DNA of 64,000 nt, from contig JAGIQG010000040.1 in assembly GCA_024679065.1 (NCBI GenBank), positions 3,782,001-3,846,000 on the forward strand. Direction: 5' to 3'. Under the pieces are notes generated by a model. That model was not told the DNA's origin. It saw only the letters and a program-made list of their open reading frames with translations, and did no database searches. Position numbers and translations under genes: made by a program. Source of the stretch: Sphyrna mokarran (taxonomy: Eukaryota). This document shows, in pieces, positions 24,481 through 38,901 of this stretch (position 1 is its first letter; each line of letters opens with the position of its first letter).

Positions 24481-26714
24481 AGTTTTGGGTGGATGTATGT
24501 GGATCCCTCAATGCAACAAGATGTGGTTGAGATAATATGTAGGATACTTGGCTTTAGCAGCTGCAGCATAGAATATAAGAGCTGGGAGGTTATGATGGAA
24601 GTGTATAAAATACCACTTAGACCACAGCAAGTATACTGTGTGTAGCTCTGGTCATCACACCACAGGAAGAATGTAATTGTACTGAAAATGGTAGAGTGGA
24701 GATTCACCAGGATGCTGCCTGGGCTGAAGAATTTCATGCATGCGAAATATATAGGCTGGTTGGTCTGGGCTTTTTACGTAGAGCAGAGATGGCTGGGGGA
24801 AACGGATATAGTGAATGGTGGTGTTGGAGTGCTTTCAGTTGGGGGGGAGGGGGATCTCAGTAATATGTATAAAATTACGCTGCATAAAGATAGACAAAAT
24901 GTTTTTCTCTTCAGTGGAGGTGTCAATAACCAGAGGGGCGTGGATTTAAGGTAAGCGGCAGATTTCTGTGTGGATTTGACGAGAAATGTTCCCGTCCACA
25001 GGTTGCTGGAATCTGCATCTTAGGGCTTGAAGGGATGGTCGAAGCTGGAGCAACCACAAGAGGTATTTAGATCAGCAATTTATACACCAGTGCATACAAG
25101 GCTGTGAATCGAGTGCTGGAAAATGGGATTCGATTTTATACGTTTTGATGATCAGTTCAGACATAATGGGCCAAAAGTGGGCCCATACGCCCCACTACCT
25201 TCAGCCCGCCTTCTGTCGACCTTGCCACCTCAGACCCAATCCCCAACACTGTCCAGTTGACAGTGTCCTGTGAGCACCTACCTTTACCCTCCACCTTGCT
25301 CTCTGTCCTCAGTGGCATTCGGCTCCATTGCAGAAGCCACCACGACTCGTCCTCATACACGAAGCCAGCTGTAGTCCTCACCAGACATAACTTCTCCAGG
25401 TGAGGCTGCAAAGGCAAGTATGCTGGACAAATACATCCCAAGGTTGTTAATTTTAATTTGTTTTAAAATAAATTTCAATAATTTATTCAGCCTCTTGCCA
25501 GAAATGGGCAGGAGACTGAACCCGCTGTCTATCCGTTGCCGGTGAAGGTTGAAAGAGGCGAAAAATCAGGCGTGGACCTGAGTTCTAGTCTGCCACGCGG
25601 TTTTACGTCTAATCCTGCCACCAATGGCAGGGAGCAGTTTTTCTCCTGCTCCCTACCGTGTGTGTGTTCTGTGCGTCTATGTTGTCTTTGCCAGTATGCA
25701 CGTGTGTGTGCGTATTCTTGTGTGAGCAACAGAGTACCTGGCGAGTGTCCCAAAGTGTGCATTATTTTGGTGTGTTACAACAATTTTGGTTCTTGATTTC
25801 GTGTGTGAGTGGGAGTATGTGCATAAATCTGATTGCTTGTGCCAGTAAATGTGCGTATTAATATATGTGTGTTTGTGTGTGTCTGTGTTCCTGTGACTCT
25901 AGGAGAGTTTGTGGTGATACAGGGGATAGTGTTGTTGCCTTATAGCACTTGGGGCCTGGATCAATTGCAGGTTTGCCTACTGTCTGTGCACAGTCTTCAC
26001 GTTCTCTCTGTGTGTCTGCGTGGGGTTTCCTCCCACTCTCTGAAAGTTGTGTTGGTTAGGTATACTGGCCATTCTCCCTCAGGATAAATTCTGAGAGTAA
26101 ATTCTCCATCAATGTACCAGAACAGGCGTTGAAGTGTGGCAACTTGGGGATTTTCACAGTAACTTAATTGCAATCTTGATGTTCGTGTATTTGTAACACA
26201 GGTTAATTAATTTCAAATTTTATGAAATATGTTCCCTTTCTGTGAGATAATACTGTGCATATATGCAATAAAATTGATTCTGCAGCCTGGTGATTGGGTG
26301 GGTGAGCTGGTGTTTTATGCAGAAGTGAAAAGGGGTTCTGTCTCAATCATTTTCTCACGGTGTCAGAGCATTTGAGGTCACATGTCTATGGAAAGTCACA
26401 GCACACAGAAGATATTCTAGCCCATAGGCCCCGAGATAATTGTCAATGGCTGAAAGAATTAATAACTGAATAGAGGGGTTCAATAGAAAGAACAACAGCA
26501 GCAAACGGAGGACAGTAAATTCCAAGGAAATCAATACAGTTAAATATTCTTCCCTAGAATTGGGAACTGGACACAGGGGACAGTACTTTACAGCCTCACT
26601 CTTTCACAAAATGCAAAATCCTACCCGTCTTCAACAGACCTTCCCATTCTCCATACCTCGCTTGCTACGATTCCTGTAGTGGTCGTGCCAGTACAATTCC
26701 AGCCAGGGACTTAC

Positions 26715-27021
26715 CTAGAACACCAACAACAGCCAGAAGGGGATAGTAAAAACATTGCATCGCCTTCAGTAGATATTTAATCCGATCAGCTGATTTTATC
26801 CACGAAGCATCTGTAGTAAACTGAGATACCCAATACAATAAAGTCCTATCCTCGGTTGAAATATTCTGATTCATTGTTATAACATTCCAGTTCATTGTAC
26901 TCAGATTCTGATCCATTGTTGGAACATTCCAGTTCATTGTTCCCAGATTCTGATCCATTGTTGTAACATTCTGGTACATTGCACTCAGATTGTGGTCCAT
27001 TGTTGAGAGGTTCCAATCCAT
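26715..27021 (-). CDS. GPR139/GPR142-like GPCR, copy B, coding exon 1
   Basis: ATG at 27021, 307 nt, eight 7-aa repeats, then ...CFYYPLLAVVGVL-G|GTAAGT. The phase matches the acceptor at 20437 (intron 6277 bp). Confidence 0.88.
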
Positions 27022-28891
27022 TGTGCCCAGATTGTGGTGCCTCTCTCTCCCTCTCTTCCTCTGTGACCACAGCCGCTGGTCTCTGTTGGTGTCAGAGTTG
27101 CCGCTCCCGCTGACTCAATGGGATAACACATTGAACGGAATCCCTTATTAATAGAAAAGGGAAAACCGTCCAGGCACACTAATCAGATCCATGGAGGCTC
27201 ACATCAATTATAGTCACTAAACAAACAGCTTCACTTAACCCCCTTCAATTCAACACTCTTTATACCCAAAGTAGAACATTTACAGCTTCGATAAGTAGTT
27301 GAGGGTTAGGGACGTATGAATAGTTGATAATAATGGAGGGTCGGACTGTAAATCTGTCAATATTTATTCGATATAACAAAAGTCACTCAGCGTTCATTTC
27401 CAGAGGGCTAGAATACAAAAGCAGAGATGTACTGCTGATATTTTATTACACTCTGCTCAGACAACATTCAAAATATTGTCAGCAATTTTGAGCTCCGTTT
27501 CTGAGGAAAGATGTGCAGGCCTTGGTAAGGGTACAGACGAGGTTCACAAAAATGAAGCGGCAATGAAAGACGTAGCACATGAGGAGCGGCTGAGGACTCT
27601 TGGCCAGTGATCGATGGAGTTTAGAAGGACATGGAGGGGGGATATCATTGAAACTTCCAGAATAATGAACGGCCTGGACAGCGTGTACTAAGGAAAGACG
27701 TTCAAAATAGTAGGAGAGACTAGGAGCTGAGGGCAGAGCCTCAGATGAAAGGGAACTGTGATGTGGAGAAGCTGGTGTTGGACTGAGTGGGCCCAGGAAG
27801 AAGTCTCACAATACAGTTATCCACTCACCTGATGAAGGAGCAGCGTTCCAAAAGCTCATGATTCTAGATAACCCCATGGGACTTTAACCTGCTGTTGTGA
27901 GACTTCTTATATTAGAAATGTGATGAGGAAGAATTTCTCCAGTCAGGGTGGGGTGAATCTGTGGAGTTCATTGAGCACGCAAAGTTGTGGAGGCCGGACC
28001 ATTGAGGGAATTTAAGAAAGTGGTAGATAAGTTCTTGACTGGTAAACGGATCAAGGGTTATAGGGGAAAAGCGGGCGAATGGGTTTGAGAAACTTATCAG
28101 CCATAATTGAATGGTGGAGCCGGCTCAGTGGGCCTAATGGCCCATTTCTATTCCCATATGTTACTGTCCAATTGTTATCATAGTTGTGGGATTTAGATGA
28201 AGATATCATTAATCTGGATTGATATAGTTTGCTAAATCCAAGCTGTAACCGATCTTCAGTACAGCTTATTTACAGAACAACCTTATTCAGGGACTTCACA
28301 CAAATCAATCTTTAAGCATTAGGTACAGTACAATCTTAGTTAGAGTCACCAGGTAAAACTATCTCTGTATTATATAAGTACATTCTTAGCTCATAGAACC
28401 CTACAGTGCAGAAAGAGGTTCTTCGGCCCATTAAGTCAGCACCGAACACAATCCCATCCAGGCTCTACCACATATCCTACATATTATCCCACTCAATAAT
28501 CCCACTGATCTATGCATCCCTAGACACTAAGGGGCAATTTCTTAGCATGGCCAGTCAACCTTACCCGGACATCTTTGGGCTGTGGGAGGAAGCCGAAGTA
28601 CCCGGAGGAAACCCACACAGACACGAGGAGAAAGTGCAAACTCCAGACAGATAGTGACCCGAGCCAGCGATTGAACCCAGGACCCTGGAGTTGTGAAGCA
28701 GCAGTGCTAACCACTGTGCGACCACGCCACCCGAGCTGGAGTCATCAGCATCATCTCTCAGTGTACAGTGCAATTTGAGCAAGAGACTTCACATCGAACT
28801 ATCACACAGAACAGTCTGATGAAAAGACTTCACATCAAACTTTCTCAGCATTTTCTATTGTGAGGTTGTAAGAAGGCAAGGCTGAGTCGAG

Positions 28892-29447
28892 GACAGTGTT
28901 GGGGATGGACATCGGGAAACTGAAACAGAGTCAGCAGCACCTTGAAGCGAGTGTCAGAGCAGGACAGTGGGACACCGGACAGTCATTACCTTGAGGAGTG
29001 TATGAGAGCAAACACTGGGACACAGGGACAGATAAGCAGCTTCTTGAGGAAGTGTGAGAGGAGGATAGTGGGACATCGGGACAGATAGTCAGCAACTTGG
29101 GAAGAGTGTGAGAGGGAGACCAGATATCGGATACTGGAACAAAGAAGCAGCATCTTGAGGAGAGTGTGAGAGGGGGACAGTGGATTAGCGGGACAGGCAG
29201 GTAGCACCTTGAGGAGAATGTGAGTGAGAGGCACTGGGAAAGCGGGGTAGATCAGCAGCTCCTTGAGGGAAGTGTGAGTGGTGGGCATTCGGATTTTGGG
29301 GTAGAAGTCTGCACCTTGAGGAAAGTGTTAGAGGGGGACACTGGGACATCGGGACAGGCAAGCAACTGCTTGCGGAATGTGTGAGAGGGGGACACTGGGA
29401 CACTAGGACAGAAAAGCAGCACATTGAAAAGAATGTGAGAGGCGGGC
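28892..29447 (+). repeat. ~58-59 bp minisatellite, duplication copy B
   Basis: Paralog of 5130-5686. Confidence 0.9.
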
Positions 29448-31365
29448 ATAGACGATTCAAGTTACTGGTAGAGGAGTGCAGCACTGGACCGCGACCATTT
29501 GCTTATGTCTTGTGGTGCTGAGGATTCTCTTCAATGTGTGACCCCTTGAACAAATGCATTAAGCCATGACATCACAGCGCAAGTCTCCCCATCACAATGT
29601 GTATCGGCGTGAAATCAGACATCACAATAGCTTTGTAAGCATTTCAGTTTGAGTCAAGAGGCTGAATAATCAGTTGATGTGAAGGGAATGGATCTGCACT
29701 GACTGGCTGATCTACCTTAGAGTCAATGTGGTAATTTGGAAGATCTGAATAAGTGAAAGGAACATGACCAATCCTAATATCACGTAGATTCAATGTGACA
29801 TTGAAGGATTTGCCTCACGTTAACTGTAATTTAATTTTAATTTTCTAAATGACCAAACAGATTCTGCTAAACTGCTGCAAGGTGAAATAGTTGTGTTTTA
29901 TTGTCTCGAGTAATTTTTTCATGTCATTCCTCTTAGGTAGTCGGGTACCCAAAGCCTCATATTCTGATGGTTATTCAGCGCACTGTCCAGATCTTGTTTG
30001 GAGACCTTGACTGACCATCTCGCTTCCAATGTGAGTTTGATGCTCACACCCCTGTTCTGTATTGGATTCAGCTTCCTAACATCAACTCTAATCGAATTGG
30101 CTGCGAGTTTTCTCGGACTTGGCAGAAACGTTCAATGTTTGCTACATCCCCTCTACAGTTCTCCTGTATTGTCTCCTGACAATATCTGCACAGTGGAGCT
30201 CAATGAAAATGATTCACCTGCCATCGCATTTCTCTCGGTTCAACTTTTTCGTGAATCCTTCGTTACAACAACATATATATTCAGCAAGGTTTTGGTTCAG
30301 CTTTTCCCAACAGCACTGATTGGTTCCTCTGTCTCTGGTGCTGAGCCAGCACCAACGAACCACAATCAATGTCAGTTGGCACCACTGATTATTCTGAGTA
30401 TCCTGCCCGACAATGCTCCAAATCCCAAATACCACAAATATTCAAAGATATTGAAGCAATTTTAGACATTATTTCCCCAAAATGAGGACATGAAGAAGAC
30501 AATCAATCCCAACGCCATTGCCTACTTACCATGTCCACTGAGTTATATCCATACGGAAATTCTTTATTTTAGTTGGTATGAACACACAAATTAGGAGTAG
30601 AAATGGGACATTCGAATCGTCGAGCCTGTTCCGCCACCATTCAGTCAGATCATGGCTGATCTGACTGTTCCTCGAGCTGTTCCTCCTCTCTGCCCACCTT
30701 TGAGAATCATTGACTCCCTTGTTAGTCAGAAAGTCAACCTACTTATGCCTCGAAAATGTTCATTGACACTGTCCTCCACCACTTTCTGGGGAAGAGAGTT
30801 CCAAATGTTTCACAACATTTTTAAAGAGAAAAAAAAATCTCATTCTGATTGTGACCCAAGTGAACCACAAGGGTATTTGTCCATCAAACCAAGGCCCTTG
30901 ATTGTTTGATATTCCATGATATCAGAGAGTAAGTCTCGCTCTCGCACTAAGCATCACCTTGAGATTAAACATTCAGTAGGTTCATCAGCACAACCAGTTG
31001 CAGTGGAATTCACAGCCTCTTACTTACTGCTTCATCTATCTAGGAATGAAGGTGGTCAGCTAGGAAGAACTGAACAGCTTTACTTTTTGAAGTGGTCATG
31101 ATCAATAGGAATGGCATCAGCAATAGGTGAAACAGAAAGCTGGAGCTATTGGATGGTTTGTCTCGGCACCACTACTTTGTAACCTAATTTCTGAACATGA
31201 TAATGAGCATCGTGATGATTATAACAGGGCCAGTAATGTAGATGCAGAGTAGAATGGATTAGCTGAAGTTATGGTTGCTAATAATTCTTCAATATTGTTG
31301 CTCATAGATAGTCTGGATCCTGGAATGTGGGTAATGATGGTCACACAGCCCAACTCTCAGGTAAT

Positions 31366-31578
31366 ACCCTTTACCCAGAGGGTGGTAAGGGAGTGGAACA
31401 CCCTGCCTGCAGCAGTTGTAGATGCGCCAAGTTTGGTGGCGTTCAAGAGGTTAGTTGATAAGTTTATGGAAGAGAAGGGAATGGTTTAGTTTGGAGGGTC
31501 ATTGCTTTTTTCATAATTGGTTGGCGCAACATCGAAGGCCGAAGGGCCTGTTCTGCGCTGTAATGTTCTATGTTCTAT
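31366..31578 (+). mobile_element. Young CR1 3' fragment inserted in copy B only
   Basis: Encodes FTQRVVREWNTLPAAVVDAPSLVAFKRLVDKFMEEKGMV and has a (gttctat)n tail; absent at the paralogous site ~7593. Confidence 0.9.
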
Positions 31579-34500
31579 GTCTCTCACTGACTGGCTGCAA
31601 TCTGGCTTAAGAATGGAGCTGGGATCAGGGATTCAGATTTTTGGATCACTGGGATCTTTTCTGGTAAATGGGTAACCTGTTTAAGAGGAATTGGTTACAC
31701 TTGAACTGGAGGGGGGCTAACATCCAGGAGGAAATATTTGACATAGTCACTCGGGAGGTTTAGATTAGTTTGGCAGTGAGGCGGAAGGGATGTTTGAGAA
31801 CAGCGCAGAAGTTAAACATAGCGTATTAAATAGTAAAGCCGTGTCATAATCCCAGTACCAAGCAGATCAGGCAGAAACAAGGCAGAGAGCCAGGGAAGTC
31901 CAGATTAAACTGCATTAATTTCAATGCAAGAGTACTGATGGGCACGGCAGAAGAACTCAGGGCATGGATGGATACAAGGGATTGGGGTATTATAGCAATT
32001 ACTGAAACATGGGTAAGGGCGGGACAGGATTAGCCGCTCAAAGTTCCAGGGCACAGATGCTATAGGACAGATAGAACAGGAGATAGGAGCGGAGGGAGAG
32101 TTGCACTTTTCATTAATGAAAACATCATAGTAGCACTGAGAGAGGATATATCCCAGTGTTCGGCCACTGAGTCTACATGGATAGAACTGAGAATTAAAAA
32201 GGGGGATATCACTTTGATGGTGTTGTACAATCGGCCTCCAAATAGACAGCGGGAAATTGAGCAGCAAGCATATAAAGAGATTACAGATAACTCCCAGACA
32301 AAAAGAGTGTTGATAGTAGGGAATTTTAACTTTCCAAACATTCACTGGGACAGCCATAGTATTAGAGGATGAGATGGAGAGAAATTTGTGAAGAGTATTC
32401 GGGAGAAATTTCTCATTCAGTATATAGATAGTACGACTAGAGAGGGGGCAAAACTTGACCTCCTCTTGGGAAATAAGCAAGGTCAGGTGACAGAATTTAA
32501 TGAGGTATCACTTTGGGACCAGTTTTAAGATGACTATGGAGAACGATAGCTCTGGACAAAAAGTTAAAATTTTAAATTGGGACTTTGGCAATTTTGACAG
32601 TCGTGGGCAGTAACACTCAAAAGTGAATTGGGTGTGTCTATGGGAAGGCAAACGTACGTCTGCTAAGTAGCAGGCTTTCAAAATGTGTTAACCAAGGTTC
32701 AGGGTACAAACATTCCTCTTAGAGTGATGGGCAAGGCTGGCTGAAGTAGTGAACCCTGGATGACTCAGGATATTGAAGACTGGGTCAAGAAGAAGAAAGA
32801 GGCACATGACGTACATAGGCAGCTGGAATCGAGTGAATCTCTTGAAGAGTACAGGGAGTGCAGAAGAAGAGTTAAAAGAAAAATCAGGACGCCAAAAGGG
32901 GACATGGCATTGTTTTGGCAGATAAGGCAAAGGTGAATCCAAAGATCTTCTATAAACATATAAAGGCCAAAAGTGTAACTAGGGAGAGAATAGAGCCTCT
33001 TAAGGATCAACAAGATCATCTGTGTGTGGATTCACAAGAAATCTGTGTGTGGGTGAGACCCTAAATTAATATTTCTTATCAGAATTTACTGTTGAAAAAA
33101 GGAAGGATGTTAGGGAACTTGGGGAAATAAACAGTGATGTCCTGAGGAGTGTACATATTACAGAGAAGGAGTTGCCAGACGTCTTAAACTGCATCAAGGC
33201 AGATAAATCCCCGGGACCTAATGAAGTGTATCCCAGGACATTGTGAGAGGCTAGACAAGGAAATTCCGAGTCCCCTTGTCAAGATATCCAAATCATCAAT
33301 TGTCACGGGTGAGGTGCCTGAAGATTGGAAAGTGGCAAATATTGTGCCTTTGTTTAAAAAGAGCTGCAGAGGAAAGGCTGGGAATTACATGCAAGTGAGC
33401 CTTATACATGTTGTTAGTAGATATTTTGAAAGACATGAACAACAGGCATCTAGAGATGCAAGAACGGATGAGGAGAATTAGCATAGTTTTGCGAGTGGTA
33501 AATCATGTCTCACAAATTTGATTGCGTTATTTGAAGAGTTAACCAAGAAGGCAGAGCCATTGATAATGTCAACATGGATTTTAGCAAAGCTTTTGATCAG
33601 GTACTTCATAGCAGGTTGTTGCATAAGGTAACGTCACATAGGATCCAGGGTGAGATGTCGAAATGATACAAAATTGGCTTCTAAAAAGAAGCTAGGGGGT
33701 TGTTGTAATGAGTTATTTTTCAAACTGGAGACTTGTACTTAGTGGAGTGCCTCAAGATCATTTTTAGGTCCACTGTTATTTGTCATTTATGTTATTTATT
33801 TGGATGAAAATATGGGAGGTAAGTTTGGCATGTTTGCAAATGATTATTATTAGGAACAAAGAAAATCGAAAGTGAGGTTAAATACTTCCACAGACTTTTC
33901 ATGTGTATCTTTCAATTTCCAAAACTGACCAAACACGTCATTGCTCTGACCCTCTGAAACTTACGACGTAACACACAGCAGATATTCATCACTTCAAACT
34001 ATCTGCATTCCATCTCAGCATTTTGCAGTTTTTATAGCACCGTTATTTAAAAGTTTAAATGTTTCTACATTCCTGACTTGCTGTGTGTTTTATATGGTTT
34101 ATATGCATTTGCAATATAAACAGCAGATGGTAGACATTCTCTGCTGGTTTGGCGACATTGTGGTCACATAAAATCGAATCACTTTCATGAGTTAGTGTTT
34201 CTGAATTTTAGCAATTATTGCGTTTATAAAGTAGCAGAGCATTTTCAAAACAACTGACTAATTTCAAGACGTTTTTGTTGAATATTAAAGCATTGCCTTA
34301 TCTCACACCCATTTAGACCACCATATCTTGAATAATTTTGTACAATGCAGTCATAGAGAAAATGTTATTTTCTGAATCTTGTGTTTGATCAATGCCACAT
34401 GGCTAAGGTTTTCAGCCGAATTAGAATTCGATAAAACAAGGTTTTATGTTCCGATCAGACTGCAGGCATTGATATTCTAGGCCGATCACGTTGGTTATGA

Positions 34501-36788
34501 GCAGAGTTTCTAAAATGTAAGGGTTATCATACAGGATAGGTCTTCCTATTCGAAACGGGTCGACCATAATTGTAATTTACGACTTCAAAGTTCCCAGATT
34601 GTATTTCATTGTTGAATGTGAACTGAATATGGATCCAACAAAAAGTTAATTTCTTCTTTGAAAAAAAATCCATTAAAATTGCCGCTACCATATTGATGCA
34701 TTTCTGCTTTCAGTGCCTCATTCACAGTGCAGTTGTTGGAGGTTAATGTAGGTTAGATGGATTAGCCATGCAAATGTTTGAGGGTAACTGGGTTAGGATG
34801 GCTCGGCCAGGCACTCCAGGCTGATATTCTTTGGATCATGTGTCAGCCATTTATGACTGAGTTAAGGAGACTTTTCTTCTCCCAAAAGCTTGTGTATCTT
34901 TAGAACTCTGCAGCCACCCAGAAGTTCGTAGATCCGCAGTCGACGGGATATTGAAAGTTGAGTTGGAGTAATTTTTAGAATCTAAGGTAAAGAAGATCTA
35001 TTGGGATAATCTGGGAAATTGGGATCAGCTTGCGGATTTGCCTTGCTTCAGTCGTGAAGGAGGTTCAACGGGACATGTATCTCAGTTCCACTTTTTGATT
35101 CTGTTCACTGTCAATACCAGGTGCTGATAGCATTGAAGCCTCAGGCATTGAATGAAGGGTAGTGGCATTAGTTACGGCATATGATTAAAATCACTGCTAA
35201 ATATTTAATTAATTAACGTTATGGAGTACATTTGATTTATTATAATCACATGCAATAGTATACAGTTAAAGTATTTTTTCTTGCACATTACACAGGCAAA
35301 GCATATTGTTCATCGAGAAGGCAACGAAAGGATGCAGAATGTAAGCTTAGATCTCACGGAATCCAGGGTCAGATATCCAAATGATACAAAATTGGCTTCT
35401 TAACAGAAGCCAGAGGGTTGCTGTAAAGAGTTGTTTTTCAAACTGGAGGCTTGTGATTAGCGGTGTGCCTCAGAGATCAGTTTTCGGTCCACTGTTATTT
35501 GTCATTTATATTATTGATTTGGATGAGAACAACGTTTGGCATGTTTGCAAATGATTGTTATCCAGTCGTAGCTAGGGTGTAGAGAAAGGTCAGCTTAACA
35601 CAAGGTGGGTCGTGCGTGTTATCACACGAATTCCATGCAGTAGAATATATCGTTAAACATTTTAACAGGAGATACCAGAAGGCACAATGCAAATATAAAT
35701 TGATGTGGACAATTGAGGTGTTTGTGTAGCGAGTTTCCTTGCACCATTGCATCGCAATGTTTCTGGTAGTTATCACGTTCGCCGTACATGCACAAGTTTC
35801 CTGTTTCAATCTTGGGCAGGAAGGTATTTAACAGGAATAGAAAATACTGGAAAATCTCAGCAGGATTGAGGCATCTGTGGGGAATTCAACGTTTTAAATC
35901 TTGGGGCCCTTCAGAAGATTTTCTGATTCGACACCCTGACTCTGCTCTCTCTTCACAGATGCTGCTAGATTTGCTGAGATTTTCCAGTTTTTTTTTCTGT
36001 GTTTTAGGTTCCAACATCAGTAGGATTTCACCCTTACAGAAACATTTCCAAATGTTTTTAATTTCAGACTAATTCAGCTTTCAGAAATGCATTTGCCGTG
36101 AAATAAGAACTACCAAGCATTTCCACAGTTTTTGGATGGTAACGTCATGAATTAGCCTGTGAAAGGAACAAAAGGGGTAGTCCGTGATAGAAAGCAAGGG
36201 AGGATCATTAAATGAAACAAGGAGTGGTGGGTAACATTTAGCTGGTGATAGTGGAGGCCGGGTGGCCAAGTCGTTCAGAGTCAACCCTTTCACTGCCAAG
36301 CCCGGGATTGATGATAAACTGTCAACTGAACAAAACATTTTATTTTGCATGCAATCATTTTCCGGAAACGAAAGTATCTGAAAGCAAAGGAAGATAGCAC
36401 AATGTGCGACTATATCTGTAGTGACAGTGATCTGGAATGAAGCAATGGAGACCGTAATCATGATCAATGAGATACAAATCTCTAATATCATAGCATGCTG
36501 TGATAAGCTAATGTTCTTCAGCAGTTTTCCCACAAGAAGCTATAGAAGAGGCAGAGCCTACGAATGATCTTTGAATGTGGTGAGCTGCAGTGAAATTTAA
36601 TAGAGTATAATATTATTCATTTTGACAGCAGAAAGTAGCAAGGGGAATGCAAATATAAATTTCCAGGATTGTGCCAATAGGTTTATTTTGTTTCTCCAAA
36701 CTGACACAATGATCACGACTGTTTTCAATCAAAAAGTAATTTCAGCCCCCTTTAAATCTTGTACTGGTCGGCAGCAATGAAACCTACA

Positions 36789-36860
36789 TTCCCTGACTGG
36801 GAATCGAACCCGGGCCGCAGCGGTGAAGGCGCCGAAACCTAACCACTAGATGACCAGGGA
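36789..36860 (-). tRNA. tRNA-Glu(UUC), copy B; probable pseudogene
   Basis: TCCCTGGTCATCTAGTGGTTAGGTTTCGGCGCCTTCACCGCTGCGGCCCGGGTTCGATTCCCAGTCAGGGAA; invariant U33 is changed to C. Confidence 0.9.
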
Positions 36861-36952
36861 AGATGCGAGCAAGTCTTTATCTGACGGATACATTGCAGCG
36901 TTTTTCAAATTCTTGAGAAAGATTTGTCGAGGAATAAAACCTTATGTTTAAA

Positions 36953-37483
36953 TTTAGATTTAAAATATGGAGTCGCTGGGATGTGAGTAAATAGATGATG
37001 ATATTGATGTACTTGTTTTTATCCTACCGGTGCTTTGGTCCACCTTGCTGTCTAACGAGGGGCATACACGCGATGGGTCGTGAGAGGACTGCTCTTGGAT
37101 CTTTTTCGAGAGTATCCTAGTGCTTCACGTCGTTAGTGTACGCTTGACCTGGACCATTTGATGGGCAACACGACAGCTCAGTGACTGTCGCTGTGCTGTG
37201 CAGATACATGGATTTGGGCCTGTGTCTGTGGGAGTTTGTGCATTCTCCCCGTGCTTGCGTGGGTTTTCTCCGGGTGCTCCGGTTTCCTCCCACATCCCAA
37301 AGATGTGCTCTTAGGCTAATTGGCAAAACAAATTCTCCTTAAATTGTCTCAAATTTGGTTTTTAATCCATAGATCTTTTAACATGGACAGGGATCGTGGG
37401 TAGAGGTGGGAACATCGGGGTGGCGGCGAGGGCTCGTTGGGCCGAAGGGCCTGTTTCCCGTGCTTTGCTCTTTGTTCTTTGAA
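36953..37483 (+). mobile_element. CR1 3'-UTR-only insertion in copy B (structured element, V-SINE core and tail)
   Basis: Homologous to 18730-19160 and 56060-56464; absent at the paralogous site ~12845. Confidence 0.85.
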
Positions 37484-38901
37484 AACAGAACAGAATGACT
37501 CCATCAGCCAACAGCAAATTACTACAGAAGCTGGAGCTTAAAAGAAAAACTTAAAATGCTGGAGAGTCTCAACAGGCATGACGGCATCTCTGGAGAAAGT
37601 ATAGATGCAACATTTCAAATCGGTGTGGCCAGCCTTCAAAGCTGAAGACAGGAAAAGACGACGAGGCTTATAGTTTAAGTGTGGAAAATGCGGGAGCTGA
37701 GTGGGAGCCGTGAGTGAGAGTTGGCAAAGTTGTGATACAACAACAAAAAAATTAATTAGAATGTAAATAGTGGCGGTAAAAGCAAAATACTGCGGATGCT
37801 GGAATCTGGAACAAAAACAGACAATGCTGGAACATCTCATCAGATCTGGCAGCATCTGTGGGAAAGAATACAGCCGCCGGTTTCGAGTCTGGATTACCCA
37901 TCACCAGTGGTCTATCGATCCTCAGTTAATGAGGATGTTGAAGGTTCAGAGGGAGATATTTTTGAAGTCTAAGGGAATGAAGGGTCAACGGGATATGCTT
38001 GGAAATTGATGCTGAGTCCTGGGATTCGTCATGCTCTCCTTAAATTATGAACGAGATTCCATGGGACATGTGAGTCAATCCGACTCCATTAATGCAGTTT
38101 CCTGCAGCACCAGATCTGCTAGGGATCACCTCTGTTAAAAGCGTTGCTGAGTGTTCTGAGCCGTTGAATTTGAGGTAGCAGTATTTATCGGGGGAGCTGA
38201 TCAAACGTGCGCAAATTTTCAGATGTTCAGTTGATTTGTTTTAAACGTCATGAATACTTTAATGCAGTGAGAAGTATCGTTATCCATTTTGACAGGAGAA
38301 ATCAGCAGAGACAATGTAATATCAATTGCTGATACAAAAATGGGCTTCGTGGGAACCAGTCAAGTTGTTTTCCCATTAAGCCTGATGTGCTTGCATTGAG
38401 ATCATCACCGTGTTTATGTAGTGCGGAGGTTATCACCTGAGGCAGGTTAATTCTGAAAATATCAGGTTAGAACGAAGAATGATGGAAAGTGCACATGATA
38501 GATTTGAAATTCAGTTAGAAAATTCAAATCCATCACCTTAATTCCTGTACAAGGAATACACTTTCATTCTTTGTAATCTTGTTGTTTATATCATGATGTG
38601 GAGATCCGGGCGTTGGGCTACAGTGGGTACAGCAAGAATTCTCTCAACACCAAGTTAAAGGAAAACAGGCTTATTTGGAATTAGGAGCTTTTGGAGCGCT
38701 GTTTCTTCATCAGGGTGATTAACTCGGCAGTCAGAAATTCAGTCTGTGCGTGTGCTGACAAAAGAAGCCACTGATACACGTTGCCTTACCCCAGCAAGTT
38801 TTTAAGTTGGTAATGTTCCTGCTCGTTGTTCTTCACGAAAACGACATCGCACACACTCCTACATTCAATCTGAGCTGTTCGACCAAAACTTAAATCCATT
38901 G

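Noticed and set aside
30214-30435. EYICCCNEGFTKKLNREKCDG followed by a GTGAGT donor, resembling an EGF-like exon remnant (paralog ~6455-6640)
   Set aside because: Only half of the cysteine pattern is present, the frame differs in copy A, and no partner exons were found. It would need an HMM search to support.
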